This document shows, one piece after another, positions 50,912 through 62,010 of a stretch of DNA of 64,000 nucleotides. The stretch comes from Vicugna vicugna. Taxonomy: Eukaryota. Position 1 is the stretch's first letter. Every line of letters begins with the position of its first letter. The translations under genes and the position numbers were made by a program. The notes beneath the pieces are model-generated. The model saw nothing but the letters and a program-made list of their open reading frames with translations. It had not been told where the DNA came from and did no database searches. The DNA lies in assembly GCA_013265495.1 (NCBI GenBank), contig MU058384.1, positions 2,765,010 to 2,829,009 on the forward strand, written 5' to 3'.

Positions 50912-51599
50912 TCTGGCATTAGGCCGCGTCTACAGCTGGAGCAACCATTGCGGGTGCACTCTGCTTTCAGTCTAGAAAATTCCTGAGCTTTTTTCCTTGA
51001 GAGAATGTGGATGATATAAAAATGTTGTCTGCTTCAACTTTGTTATGCATTATAGGCATTTAACATGATTTTCCAGTATGGTAGAAAAATCAGTATTTTG
51101 GCTTATTAAATATACTGATTAATAAAAATTTATTGTGTCAAACACAGAACCCTAATTTTCAAAAAATCAGGACACAGCAAATATTATTTAGTGTATATTA
51201 TTAAGTAGTATATTAAGTATAATGGAATCTTCTTCTGGTGACTCAAATTCACTTCTGCATTGTTACTGCCTCAGGACCCACTGAATATTAAAATACAGGT
51301 CCAGAAGATGTATTGATGGCTTGGTTGGGAGTGATAATTCAAGATTTAGCAATGGAGATCAGCTATCATAGAAAAGGAAGGATATAAATAAGGATATTTA
51401 TAAATTATTATTCTATTAGCTATAATTACTACTACAAGGCTAAATTGAAAATATATTTAAAGTGAGAGAGGTATTTCTCACTTCTCTCTCCTGTAATTAT
51501 ATATATAGTATATATATTAGTTTGAAGATGTATCTAAATTTGATGATAAATGCCCAGCCCTGGGAAGATGGAGGACTTTTTTTTTTCTTTACAAAGGGG

Positions 51600-52285
51600 G
51601 ACATTCTGTACAACTCAGCAATGGCACTCCTTGGTATTTACGCAAATGAGTTGTAAATTTATGTCCACACAAAAGCCTGCAAATGGATGTTTATAGCTGC
51701 TTTGCTCATGATTGCCAAAATTTGGAAGGAACCAAGATGTCCTTCAATAGGTGAATGAATAGATAAACTGTGCTACATCAAGACAATGGACTATTCTCTT
51801 TTTTAATTTATTTTCTAAAATTTTGGGGGGAGGTAATTAGGTTTGTTTGTTTGTTTATTTATTTATTTAAATGGAGGTCCCGGGGATTGAACTCATGACC
51901 TCATGCATGCTAAATGCGTGCTCTACCACTGAGCTATACCCTACCCCTCCACCCTGCGGCAATGGACTGTTCTTCAGTGCTAAAAAGAAATGAGTTATCA
52001 AGCCATGAAAAGACATGGAGGAGCCTTAAATGTACATTATTAAGTGAAAGAAGCCAATCTGAAAGGGCTCCGTGCTGTACAATTCCAACTGTATGACATT
52101 CTGGAAAAGGCAAAACTCTATAGAGACAGTAAAATGATCAGTGATGGCCAGGAGGTGGGGTAGGGGGAGGGATGAACAAGCAGAGCACAGAGGATTTTTA
52201 GGTCAGTAAAGTTACTCTGTATGATACCGTGATGATGGATACATGTCATTATACATTTGTCAAAACCCGTAGAACAAACACCAAG
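51600..52285 (+). mobile_element. L1MC1-like 3' region, interrupted by a SINE
   Basis: aagaaatgagttatcaagccatgaaaagacatggaggagccttaaatg...gacattctggaaaaggcaaaact. Confidence 0.9.
51798..51959 (-). mobile_element. Camelid-type tRNA-derived SINE (vic-1-like)
   Basis: ggggaggtaattaggttt...aatggaggtcccggggattgaac...catgcatgctaaatgcgtgctctaccactgagctataccc; TSD caatggact(a/g)ttct at 51784 and 51960. Confidence 0.92.
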
Positions 52286-52794
52286 CCCCGCCAAACCTAT
52301 CCTCAGAGTCATGTTCATGTTACAGTTACGGCTTATCCCATTTCTGAAACAAAAATTGGGGAACTTCATCTGACAAATATGGGAACACTGGGAGAAAATA
52401 TTTGAGATCTGTGCTACTTATATGAATCCTTGACCCGAACTAAAATGTAAGTTGGACTTTCCAGGAGAGAACTAACTTAACTGAAATAAAAAAAAAAAAA
52501 TGAGCACTCAGAATTTCTGGCGTTAGCACCTGGTACCTATGTAAAGCTAGATCTCTCTGTATTTGCAACTTACCCATTGTGGTAATTTGAGGATCCTTTA
52601 ACACTCTCAGTTACCAATTCTGTTTTGAAAGCTATTTAAGTTTCCATGTGCAAAGTCATTCTCAAAGAATGTCTGTTTTCCTCCAGTCTTTTCACTGACT
52701 TGCTTCCTGTTTCAGATACTAAATGCTTGGAAATCAATTTTCAACTAAGAAGACACTTGGGCACAGGGATTAAATTGTGTGAGTGTCTGACTAT

Positions 52795-53335
52795 TTACTC
52801 ATTTATTCATTCATGTAGGGAAAACTTCCTGAGCCCGTCATGAACCCTGCGCAGACCTAGGTACTGGGGACTAAACCATGAATAAAGCAGGTGAAGTCCC
52901 TCTCCTTCTGGGTCTGAGGGTCTAGTAGGGAAGGGTGACCAGAAGTAAATAATCAAGTAAGAATACAGTATGTCCCAGGGTGATAAGTTCTGTGCAGAAA
53001 AACAAAACGGGGAAGTGAATCAGAAGAGTCAGGGCTTGAGCAGAGACTTTGAAAAGTGAAGGAGCTGCCATGTTTGTACTGAGAAAAGACATCTAGGAGG
53101 AGTGGGCAGTTAGAACAAACAGTGAGGCAGGAGCATGCCTGGTGTGTTTGAGGCACAGCACGGGCTGCAGCAGAGTGGCAGGATGGAGATGAGGTCGGAA
53201 AGCAAAGTGGGGGCAGGTCATGCAGGGCTGTAAGCCACCTTTGGCTTTTACTTAGAACAAGATGGGAGCCATGGCAAGGCTTTGAGCACAGATGTGGCAC
53301 ATTCAGACTTAGGTTTTTAAAGGATCATTAGGACT
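52795..53335 (-). mobile_element. L2 3' portion
   Basis: attcattcatg...ctaggtactgggga...gcaggagcatgcctggtgtgtttgagg...gatgggagccatggcaaggctttgagca. Confidence 0.85.
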
Positions 53336-53427
53336 CACTAGGACCAGTACGAAGCTGTTTTTGATTCATTACTCAAAACATTACATTTTTTCCCCCATTG
53401 GAAACCTATCACCACTCTACCTGAGTC

Positions 53428-53737
53428 TTTTTTATTTTTTATCGAAGTATAGTCAATTTACAATGTTAGTTTCAGATGTACAATCGTAAAGCGATTCAGT
53501 TATACATATACATACATACACACATATATATTTTCAGTTTCTTTTCCATTACGGCTCATTACAAGACATTACAAGATATTGAATATAGTTCCCTGTGCTA
53601 CACAGTAGGTCCTAGTTGTTTGTCTTTTTTATATATAGTAGTGTGTATCTATTAATTCTAAACTCCTAATCTATCCCTCCCCCCTTTTCCCCTTTGGTAA
53701 CCACAGTTTGTTTTCTATGTCTGTGAGTCTATTTCCG
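53428..53737 (-). mobile_element. Camelid-type L1 3' end
   Basis: ttttttatcgaagtatagtcaatttacaatgtt...ttgaatatagttccctgtgcta...ccctttggtaaccacagtttgttttctatgtctgtgagtct. Confidence 0.93.
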
Positions 53738-54949
53738 TCAAAACACTATATTCTAAACTCAAACTTCAGTGGCATCTTGCTTCTCAGGATAAAATAACCA
53801 CTATGTTCTGTGAACAAGGTGGTTCCCAGGTTGACGACGACCCTCCTTTCCTCACCTCCTGGGCACCCCCTACTGGCAGTAATCAGAACTGAAGGGCTCC
53901 CACACAGACTGATTTCAGAACCCAGGTTCTGGGTACCCAACCACTTGCCTAACATGCGGAGGAGAAGGAGGGAAGCAAGAGTAAAGGGACTGTCATAGAT
54001 GAGGATTCCTTATGTGAGAGGCATGAACAAATGACCAGAAGTCACAGAGATTCCCTGGAGGGTAAGTTTTGAATCTGGTTAGGCTGTGCTAGTCTGCTCC
54101 CCCAGTCACAGACGGGTGTCCAGGAGAGCGGAGTCACAGAGTAAACACTCTCAGATGTTTTACACACAGAAGTGAGAAGAAGGGTTGTGTAGACTGTGAC
54201 GTGCCTGGTCTTGTCCGAGAAGATGAGAGGCCCCGGGAGAAAGGCCTGAGAGAGAGACTATGGGGAGCACCTGTGCACCTCAATCAGGATTCATGAGGCT
54301 CACTGCTCCATTGTGTGTGTGTGTGTCTGTGTGTGTCTGTGTGTGATAAGCTAGAAGTCCTGTCTAGAATTTCCTGAAGTCGGGAGGAAGCTGTGTCTGA
54401 TGGGTGGCTCCTCTGTTGCTCCTATTGCCAAGTGGCCAGGTCAGTGATGGTCACTGTCTGAAACACTAAAAGATGTTGCTAAGCAACATGGTAACTTTAT
54501 AGAGCTTTGCACAAAGGACCCTTCATCAATGCTTCATAAGAGAAATTGAAGACTGTTGTAAAAGTGTAACCTTTCAAAGGACTCTCTGAGCTTAGTCCGT
54601 GGCACAACGCTGTATGGAATAAAAATGTTCAGCAGATTGTAGACAATTAAATTCTTGCAATTATATTCTAACTGAATTTGTCATATATATTTATGTGCCT
54701 ATTCAAGAAAACAAACTGGTGAACTTCTAATCACCTTTTTTCTACAGATAAACCAATTCGTGGCTTACAGAATTGAATTATTCCAGCTAGGTGAATGTAT
54801 GTAAATGTAGGGTCCCAAGTAACTTAAATGCTTGAAACATGACAAGTGTACAATGTTCACAGTAAGACCAAAAAATCAGGGATATTCAGGTTCTTACTCT
54901 GGCTCCTGTGTTATCTAACTGTACATTCTTAGACACTTATGTTTGAATT

Positions 54950-55122
54950 AACATAATATTTATTGAGTGTTTACCATTAGCCAGGCATTTTTCTAATTTT
55001 TTTACACGTATTAACTCATTTAATTCTCACAACAGTCCTATCAGTTGGATGCCATTATTCCTCCTGCTCCCCAGATGAGGAAACCAAAGTGCACAGATGA
55101 AATGACTTGTTGAGAGGTATAT
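54950..55122 (-). mobile_element. MIR, interrupted by an LTR and resuming ~55690-55760
   Basis: atatttattgagtgtttacc...ccaggca...attaactcatttaattctcacaacagtcctat...cagatgaggaaacc. Confidence 0.85.
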
Positions 55123-55670
55123 GTGTGTTGGGCATCCCTGAGACCTCCCTCAGGGTCAGCAACTTGCTAGGACAGCTTACAGAACTCAGCAAGCAGTCAT
55201 ACTCATGGCCGTAATTTCTTACAGCGAAAAGATATCAAGCCAAAAAAGCAAAGGGAAAAGGCACATGGGACAAAGTGGAGGGGAAACCAGGTCCAAGCTT
55301 CCAAAAGTTCCGTCCCAGTGCAGTCCCTCAGGGTGTGCTTAATTTCCCCAGCAATGAATGCTGACAACACCTGTGAACAGTGACTGCCGGGGAAGCTCGT
55401 TAGCCACTCAATGCCTGGGTTTATTGGAGGTTGGTCATGTAGGCAGCCTCTGCCCGGCATGTATCAAAATTCCAGATTCCCAGGAGGGAAAGCAGGTGTT
55501 CCGCATACATTGTATTGTTTGCCAAATTTAGGCATAGGGAGACACTCTAAGCCATTTAAGAAAGGGAGGGAACACTCTTGAAATCCAAGTTCCCAGATGC
55601 CAACCAAGGGGCAGCCTTGCAAGGAGGCCTTTCTTAGACTGGCAGTCATACTTGAAATGTCAACATGTAC
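55123..55670 (-). mobile_element. MER68-like ERVL LTR
   Basis: tgtgttgggcatccctgagacc...gctaggacagcttacagaactcagc...aaatccaagttcccagatgccaaccaaggggcagccttgcaaggaggcctttct. Confidence 0.8.
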
Positions 55671-55769
55671 ATGCGTTTTCTGCATCTGCATCCACTAAGT
55701 GGAAGAGCTAGGCTTCTATCACCAATGAATTCTGGAGGCCACACCCAGAACCACTGTGATCTATGGATT

Positions 55770-57000
55770 ATCAGAGATGTTCAGCAGATAGACGTAGGAG
55801 CCTGGAATTCAGGGGAGACGTCTGGTTAGAGATGTCAGTATGGGACTTGCTGGTGTATAGTAACACTGAAAGCTAATTTCACTTAGGAAGTGAATATAGA
55901 CTGAGCATAAAAATGGTCAGAGGATGGTACTCTGGGGCATGCCAGCATCCAGAAGTCAGGTGAGGATAAAACTCAGTGGACAGTAAGAAGAAGAGGCAGT
56001 AAGTTCAGAGGAAAAACAAGAGGAAGTCAGCCCTACAAGCCAAATGAAGTTAGTGTTTCAAGAAGGCAGAAAAGAACAACAGATACTGCTAATAGATCAG
56101 ACAGCAAGACTGTGGAGTCACCATTGAGTTTAACCACATGGAGATTGTTGACCTTGACCAGAACTGTTGCAGTGGAACAGTCAGGAGGAAGCCTGATTGG
56201 AGTAGGTTCAAGACAGCACGGGGAGAGAGGGAGTGGAGATCACAAAGGATTCAAAACTCTTTAGGGCGTTTTGCTATAAAAGAAAGAGGCTGATTGGGAT
56301 GACAGCTAGAGGGGAAAGCGGATGTCAAAAGACTTGTGGGTGCCACATGGGAGATGTGACAGCATGTTTGTCTGCTGATGGGACTGATCTAACAGAGGAG
56401 GGAAATCAGTGATGCCTGAGGTCAAGGCGATAATGGTGTCCTTGAGTAGGTGAAAAGGGATGGGACCTTGTGTACAAGCTGGTCTTACATTAGGTCATGG
56501 ACTGTTCATCCAGAATGACAGAAGGGAAAGCAAATTATTTGGGCACAGATGTAGGTGGGGTAGATGGGTGGATATGGAAGTGGCAGGGTGTGAAATTTCT
56601 CTCTGATTGCTTCAACTTTCACCATGAAGTGGGAAGCAAATGTTTAGCTGAGAGTCAGGAAGAGGGAGGATGCAATGGGAGATTGAAGGAAAGAGGAGGA
56701 GGTGTTGGATAGTCACCTAAAAGGTCACAGGTGTGAGCTGATTAGGGAAATACGGTAGAACTCCTTGGGCTACCATGGTCCTAGGGGAATCTTAGACATT
56801 TGCTGCCATGAATTTTAAAATAAGACCATCTGCCATGGTTGGGCTGTTTTTCTAGCCATGTGCAGCCATAGGGTTGCAGGCACAGAGTGACAGATCGTTG
56901 GCCTGAACAAGGATTGGGTATTGCCAGGCAAGTGTAAGGAGAAGGGAAGATGGCAGGGGCACTGAGTGTAGGTGCACGGGAGTTAGCCTGCAGAGGGGAG
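55770..57000 (-). mobile_element. L2 (ORF2/3' region), decayed
   Basis: ggagcctggaattcaggggagacgtctgg; gaccttgaccagaactgttgcagtgga; tctgattgcttcaacttt. Confidence 0.75.
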
Positions 57001-57670
57001 GCAGAGTGTCATGGGACAAAGTTCTAGTTCTTTCCTGCAGGTTGGTACTGAGTGCCTCAAAAGTCATTTCCCTTAGCTGTACAGTGTCTTGTGCAACAAA
57101 TACGCCCAGACATCCGTGAAATACGCAAGACATCCGTGACATAAAGTCTATTGCTTTTGTTGACTGTGACTCACCTTTGGATCAGTTGCCCAGGTTGGTA
57201 ACTACTAATCCTCGATTTTGGAGACCGAGAACTAGTGACAGATTGCTGCGACTTTCTTACATGTCACCGTCCCTGCGGCCTTGAAACAAGCTGCTCCCAA
57301 CGAGCCTGACCCTCCTCTGTCAGCGCACACAGAGCAAACGTGGCTGCCACCAGCCCTCCCTTTACGGGAAACAGGTTTTGACAGGTTTATGAGTGGTTCC
57401 CACCCAGGTGTGGACCCCAGGTCCACCCTCTCTAGCCCTGCACCTGTCTGAGGACTTTGTCCAGCCTCTCTGCTTCTTACTCAGCCTACGACCTCTTTTC
57501 AGGTACATACCTCTGGGGTCTTCCATCTTGCTTGACTGCAGACTCCTGTGACTCAGCCTGCTTTCTCGACCCTTCCTGCCCCCTGAGGGCCAGGCCCCCT
57601 TCATCTCCCTAGCTCCCTCCCTTCCTAGTCATCTTTGAAGATAAGTCCCCAGGCCCTTTTGATTTTAAAA

Positions 57671-57748
57671 GATTTATTGCACATCTCAAATATGCAAATG
57701 TATTGCCTATCACGCATATGCAGATTTATTGCATATCACAAATAAGAC
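57671..57748. repeat. Degenerate tandem repeat, 3 x 26 bp
   Basis: gatttattgcacatctcaaatatgca / aatgtattgcctatcacgcatatgca / gatttattgcatatcacaaataagac. Confidence 0.8.
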
Positions 57749-57859
57749 AAAGAGCGATATCACAGAGAACTGAAATTGGCATAACACAGAGTTTCTAGAG
57801 TCCCAACAATGTTGTATAACTCTGGTTCGATTTACGGTTTGGGATCCTGCCTGGGATGG

Positions 57860-58991
57860 TGACTTAGAAAACCACCCAGCCTTCCTTCCTTGTTTCTCTC
57901 CTTTACTCTCACACGACTCCCGCCCTTACGACACTTCTGACACTTCTGTTCACCAGACGTGTGTGGGGTTTTCCCACGCTGAGCAATTCTCTGTGACACC
58001 AGTTGGGTGTCCTACAATTTAGCTCAATTCTGACACCGTCTACCTGGAGGCAACATTGGGTCCCACAGGTCTGGGCTCAGTGTCGAGACTGCCGTCTCAC
58101 ACTTCAGATGCTAAATGCACGTGGAATGTCCCCAGGTCACTTATGACTTCTGTCAGACGTGGCTACGTACATAAGCTTCTCCCCGTTGGATTTGATTATT
58201 TGCTAGAACAGCTCACAGAACTCAGGGAAACACATTTACTAGTTTATTAAAGGATACAGATGAACAGCCAGATGAAGACACACATAGGGTGAGGTCCAAA
58301 GATACATAGGGTGAGGTCCTGAATGCAGAAGAGGAGGTGGGACGCTTTACCAGCCTGGTACATGGTTCACCGACCTGGAAGCTCTCTGGACTCCATACTT
58401 TGGGACTTTTGTGGAGGCTTCATCACGTGGGCCTGATAGATCAATAATTCCACTTCCAGCCCCTCTCCCCTCTCTAGAGAGGCAGTGGTTGGGGTCTGGG
58501 GCTGAAAATTCCAAGCATCTCATCATGACTCGGTCTTTCTGATGCCCAGGCCCCATCCAGGAGTTAACCAAGAGTCCACCCAGAGTGGCCTCGTTGGAAC
58601 AAAAGATGCTTCCAGTACTCTTTTTTCCTTTCCTTTTCTTTTTTTTAAATTGAAGTAGAGTTGATTTACAATGTTGTGTTAGTTTCTGGTATACAGCACA
58701 GTGATTTTCTTTTTCATATTCTTTTTCATTGTAAGTTATTACAAGCAATTGAATATAGTTCCCCAAGCTATACAGTTGGACTTTGTTGCTTATCTGTTTT
58801 ACAAAACGGAAACAGACTCACAGACACAGAAAAAAACTTAGGGTTACCAAAGGGGAAGGGGTGGGAGGGATGAATTAGGAGCTGGGGGATCGGCAGTTCC
58901 TAGTGCTCTTATCACCCGGGGTTTACAAGGGTTTCAGGAGCCCAGGACGAAGACCAAATATGTGTTTCTTATTATAAATCCCAATATCACA
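57860..58991 (-). mobile_element. MER21-type LTR, interrupted by an L1
   Basis: gacaccagttgggtgtcctacaatttagctcaattctgacaccgtctacctggag; gctagaacagctcacagaactcagggaaacac; ends gaagaccaaatat...aatatcACA. Confidence 0.88.
58621..58896 (-). mobile_element. Camelid-type L1 3' end with 5' inversion (twin priming)
   Basis: 58621-58800 is minus-strand L1 tail; 58801-58896 is plus-strand upstream L1 3'UTR sequence; flanked by ttccagtactctt / ttcctagtgctctt. Confidence 0.88.
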
Positions 58992-59059
58992 GCCAGAGGA
59001 TGGGAACTTCTGCCTTTAGCTCATTCCCAAGGCTGCATCCACTATGGACAAAAGGAAGG

Positions 59060-59675
59060 TCCCCCGCCCCGCGGTGTCTCCAGCTCCGAGGGCTGGCGCC
59101 CCCCTCCCCGGAGATCAGCATTGGCACCTCCGACGGGCTCAGTCGTCAGCGCTCATTTCCCCACGGGACCTGGCTGCTTAACTTCTCTGAACCTGAATTT
59201 CCTCCTTTTGAATGAGGGAGAGTAACAGATGTTTTACAGAGTGGGCGTAAAAGCTGGAAACGGAAAGGTTAGTTTTCTTCCCTTTCCTTTCTTCGGAGCA
59301 CACCAAAATCACTGAATGGCCCTCCCCAAACCACAAGGTCATTGAGCCTCGGAACAAAGCGAACCACAGAACTCGGGGTGAACTCCCAAAGCGCAGGGAG
59401 AGAGCGGGTGCTTTCATAACCGGAGCATCGGGAACCAGACTCACTCTCAGCCCCCAGCCCTCTTCCCATTCAGTGTTCATGCCAAGGGCAGCATCTCGCC
59501 TCTCCGTCTCTCCTCCCGGGGACTTTTTGGAACTGTTGTCCGGAATAACTATCTGCCGGGATTCTGATTCCACGGCTGCCATTAGACAAGCGAGAGGACC
59601 TCCTGCCAGTCACCCGGGTCACCGGCCTGTTTCTTATCTGGAAACCGTGCCAGGGGCCCTGTCGTCTTCCTCGCT
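59060..59675. promoter_or_regulatory. CpG-rich segment (borderline CpG island); candidate promoter or enhancer
   Basis: About 30 CpGs in ~620 bp by hand count against a CpG-depleted background; GC box cccccgcccc at 59061-59070. Confidence 0.5.
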
Positions 59676-60087
59676 CTAAAATCCTATCTTACTTCACTGT
59701 TGCTGAAAACCATGTTCAAAGGCAGGTTAAATAAATGTTCCTGAGCTTTCACTATCTAGTGAGGAAAATGCGCCATCGCCCCTACCCTCCTGGAATAGGA
59801 AAACCAGATGAAAAATATGAATGATCAGCTGAGAAGGATTGTTAGAAAAGGGGAACTCCAGGGGCATGTAGCCAGGGAAACCCACCTAGTGAGGGCGCGC
59901 ACAGGGCCTGAGTCAGAAGGAGGCTAATTCAGATGGAACGCAAGGCGCTGGGGAAGTGGACAGGGAATCAGACTCGGGCTGGGGATTTCAAACTTTAATC
60001 TGAGAACAAAGGAGGCCAAGGAAGGACATTAAGGACAGTGATCAGACTTGTATTTTAAAGCGATTCAGTACAGCTGTGGTATGGAGG

Positions 60088-60090
<3 letters not shown>

Positions 60091-60142
<52 letters not shown>
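60091..60142. repeat. (TG)n(AG)n compound microsatellite
   Basis: Seen directly. Confidence 0.95.
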
Positions 60143-60143
<1 letters not shown>

Positions 60144-60813
60144 TGGGTGAGGGAGGGCCAGCACTGGGAAAAAAATAGATGAGTAAATTTCATTTTGGAC
60201 CTTCTGAGTTTGCAGTCCAAGCATCACCTGAGGGATCCATACTAAAAATTTCATTAAATGTCAGCTTGGTATTTTGTGTAACACCCCTGCTACAATAAGG
60301 CAAGAGACATTTGCATTGTTCCATTGAACAAATACTATTTTGTCCTTTAAAACCATCTCGCTAACTTTTTTGTGTTGTTTCCTGTCTGTCCCAAAGTATT
60401 TGACTTTTGATTACTTGTCTAGGTTACCATCAGTGTCATGACTTAGGGCAATTCCCCTGTGTTAATACAGTAGATCTTGAGTCTACATGGATGACTGGAG
60501 ACAAAAGAATTCCGAACACTCAAAACCTGAGAAGTTCCTTCTAAAGAGCTAAAATGTACCATAGGCTTATGGAAAAGGTTCTCCTCTACACTCAAGAATT
60601 TTCAAGACTCAATTTGATAACAGTAAGTTTGCCCCCTTTCCTGGGAGAAATCACAGGCTCTGGCAGGAGGGAGGACCGTAGGGTCTGAAGAGGCCTTGCT
60701 TTGGGCCTGGCTCTTAAATCATGAGGTAAGATGATGTCAATTCTTAGGTGACGCTGCAGGACTGTGCGTTTTCAGGTATTTCAGTAATTCTGAACTCTGC
60801 GTCTATTTGACTG

Positions 60814-60848
60814 GCTGAATATCTCAATTTACCACAAGATGGCAGCAC
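60814..60848 (+). promoter_or_regulatory. Candidate CTCF-binding motif with a possible upstream module
   Basis: gctgaatatctcaatttaCCACAAGATGGCAGCAc closely resembles the CTCF core CCAC(A/T)AG(A/G)(T/G)GGCAGCA. Confidence 0.6.
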
Positions 60849-61637
60849 GAAGTTGTTTTTCAAAATTAGATACTTTCTAGCACTCGTATTGAAAGACAGG
60901 ACTAGAAAGGTATCATAACTGAGCATTTTTCTTCTCATTCCTATAGTTGGAAAGAAAGGAAGAAATAAATATGGAGGGAAGTAACAAAGGAAAAAAGAGA
61001 AGAGACTGGGGTGGAGGGGGGAGGAGCAGCAATGAAAAAGGAAAGTAAAAGAACAAAGAAAACATATTTCACCAACATTCAGCTAGATTACATTTAAAGA
61101 AAGAAAAGAAAACCAAGCCACTGATGTAGGAAATTTCCGAGAGAGGAAACCAGCACTATAACCGCATTTACTCACAGCCTCGATGTGTGAGTATAAGATA
61201 GACATTTGACCTTCTTATAAAAGCAGTTGTGTCTTTGGGAAACTATGAGAATGAATTCACATTTACAAAGGGTTCTGGTCCCATTAAGTCAGTCTTACAT
61301 TAGCATAATTATCAGCTCCGATTCAAGATTTATTTTACCCAGTACCCTTCAGAGAGGTCTTGCACGTGGGTTTCCATGTTTAATTGTGTGGGGAAGTAGG
61401 AGACATTATTCAGGAAGAGAATAATCAGGTGCAGATTGGCAGCCATGCCTTGATGTGTTGGAAATGAAAAGGATGCCACCAGTTCAGTGCTCCTAGAAGT
61501 CCCTAAGCTGGGAAGAATTCTCTCAGAGTCGGCTCTTTGATTCTCCATCTTTCACTTATGTGGCCCACTGTCAGTCTCTTTCAGTTGTTTGCTCTCTCCC
61601 CTGTCTCATGAATCTAGTCCAGCAGATTCACCTTTAG

Positions 61638-61705
61638 ACTGGAGTTTTTTTAACCTTGGCACTAATGACACTTTGGGCCAGGTAATTCTTTTAAAAGGAG
61701 GCTGG
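61638..61705 (+). mobile_element. MER20-like 5' fragment
   Basis: aaccttggcactaatgacactttgggccaggtaattcttt. Confidence 0.65.
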
Positions 61706-61849
61706 CCACCAATGACAGAAGGTCTTGAAAATAATCCAGAAGCAATAAACTGGCAGGTCAAAATAATGAATTTTGTTTAGTTCAGGGTTGTGAAAATTGA
61801 GAACTTTGGGGAAAAAATTGGATTCACAACATTCTTGAATGTGATAACA

Positions 61850-62010
61850 TTGTATCCTGTATCTCAACACTTAGCTGAAGCCAAGGAGGGGCTGTAGTCA
61901 TTCATGGAGTGTGGGCTCTCCAGTTTGCCAAAATCCACACCATGCCCTATCTTATTACCCTCCTCTTCCTTCATTTAATCACCAGCTTAAGCAGTGGAAT
62001 TTGTACCTAA
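61850..62010. mobile_element. Charlie4-like hAT fragment
   Basis: ctccagtttgccaaaatccacaccatgccctat. Confidence 0.45.

Noticed and set aside
57671..57748. Regularly spaced repeats superficially like a CRISPR array
   Set aside because: Units are contiguous with no unique spacers, the context is mammalian, and there are no cas genes
59178..59582. 134-aa minus-strand ORF (MAAVESES...) in the CpG-rich region
   Set aside because: No recognisable protein; its end runs into a MIR-like fragment; GC-rich DNA yields long ORFs by chance. Not fully excluded as a first exon.
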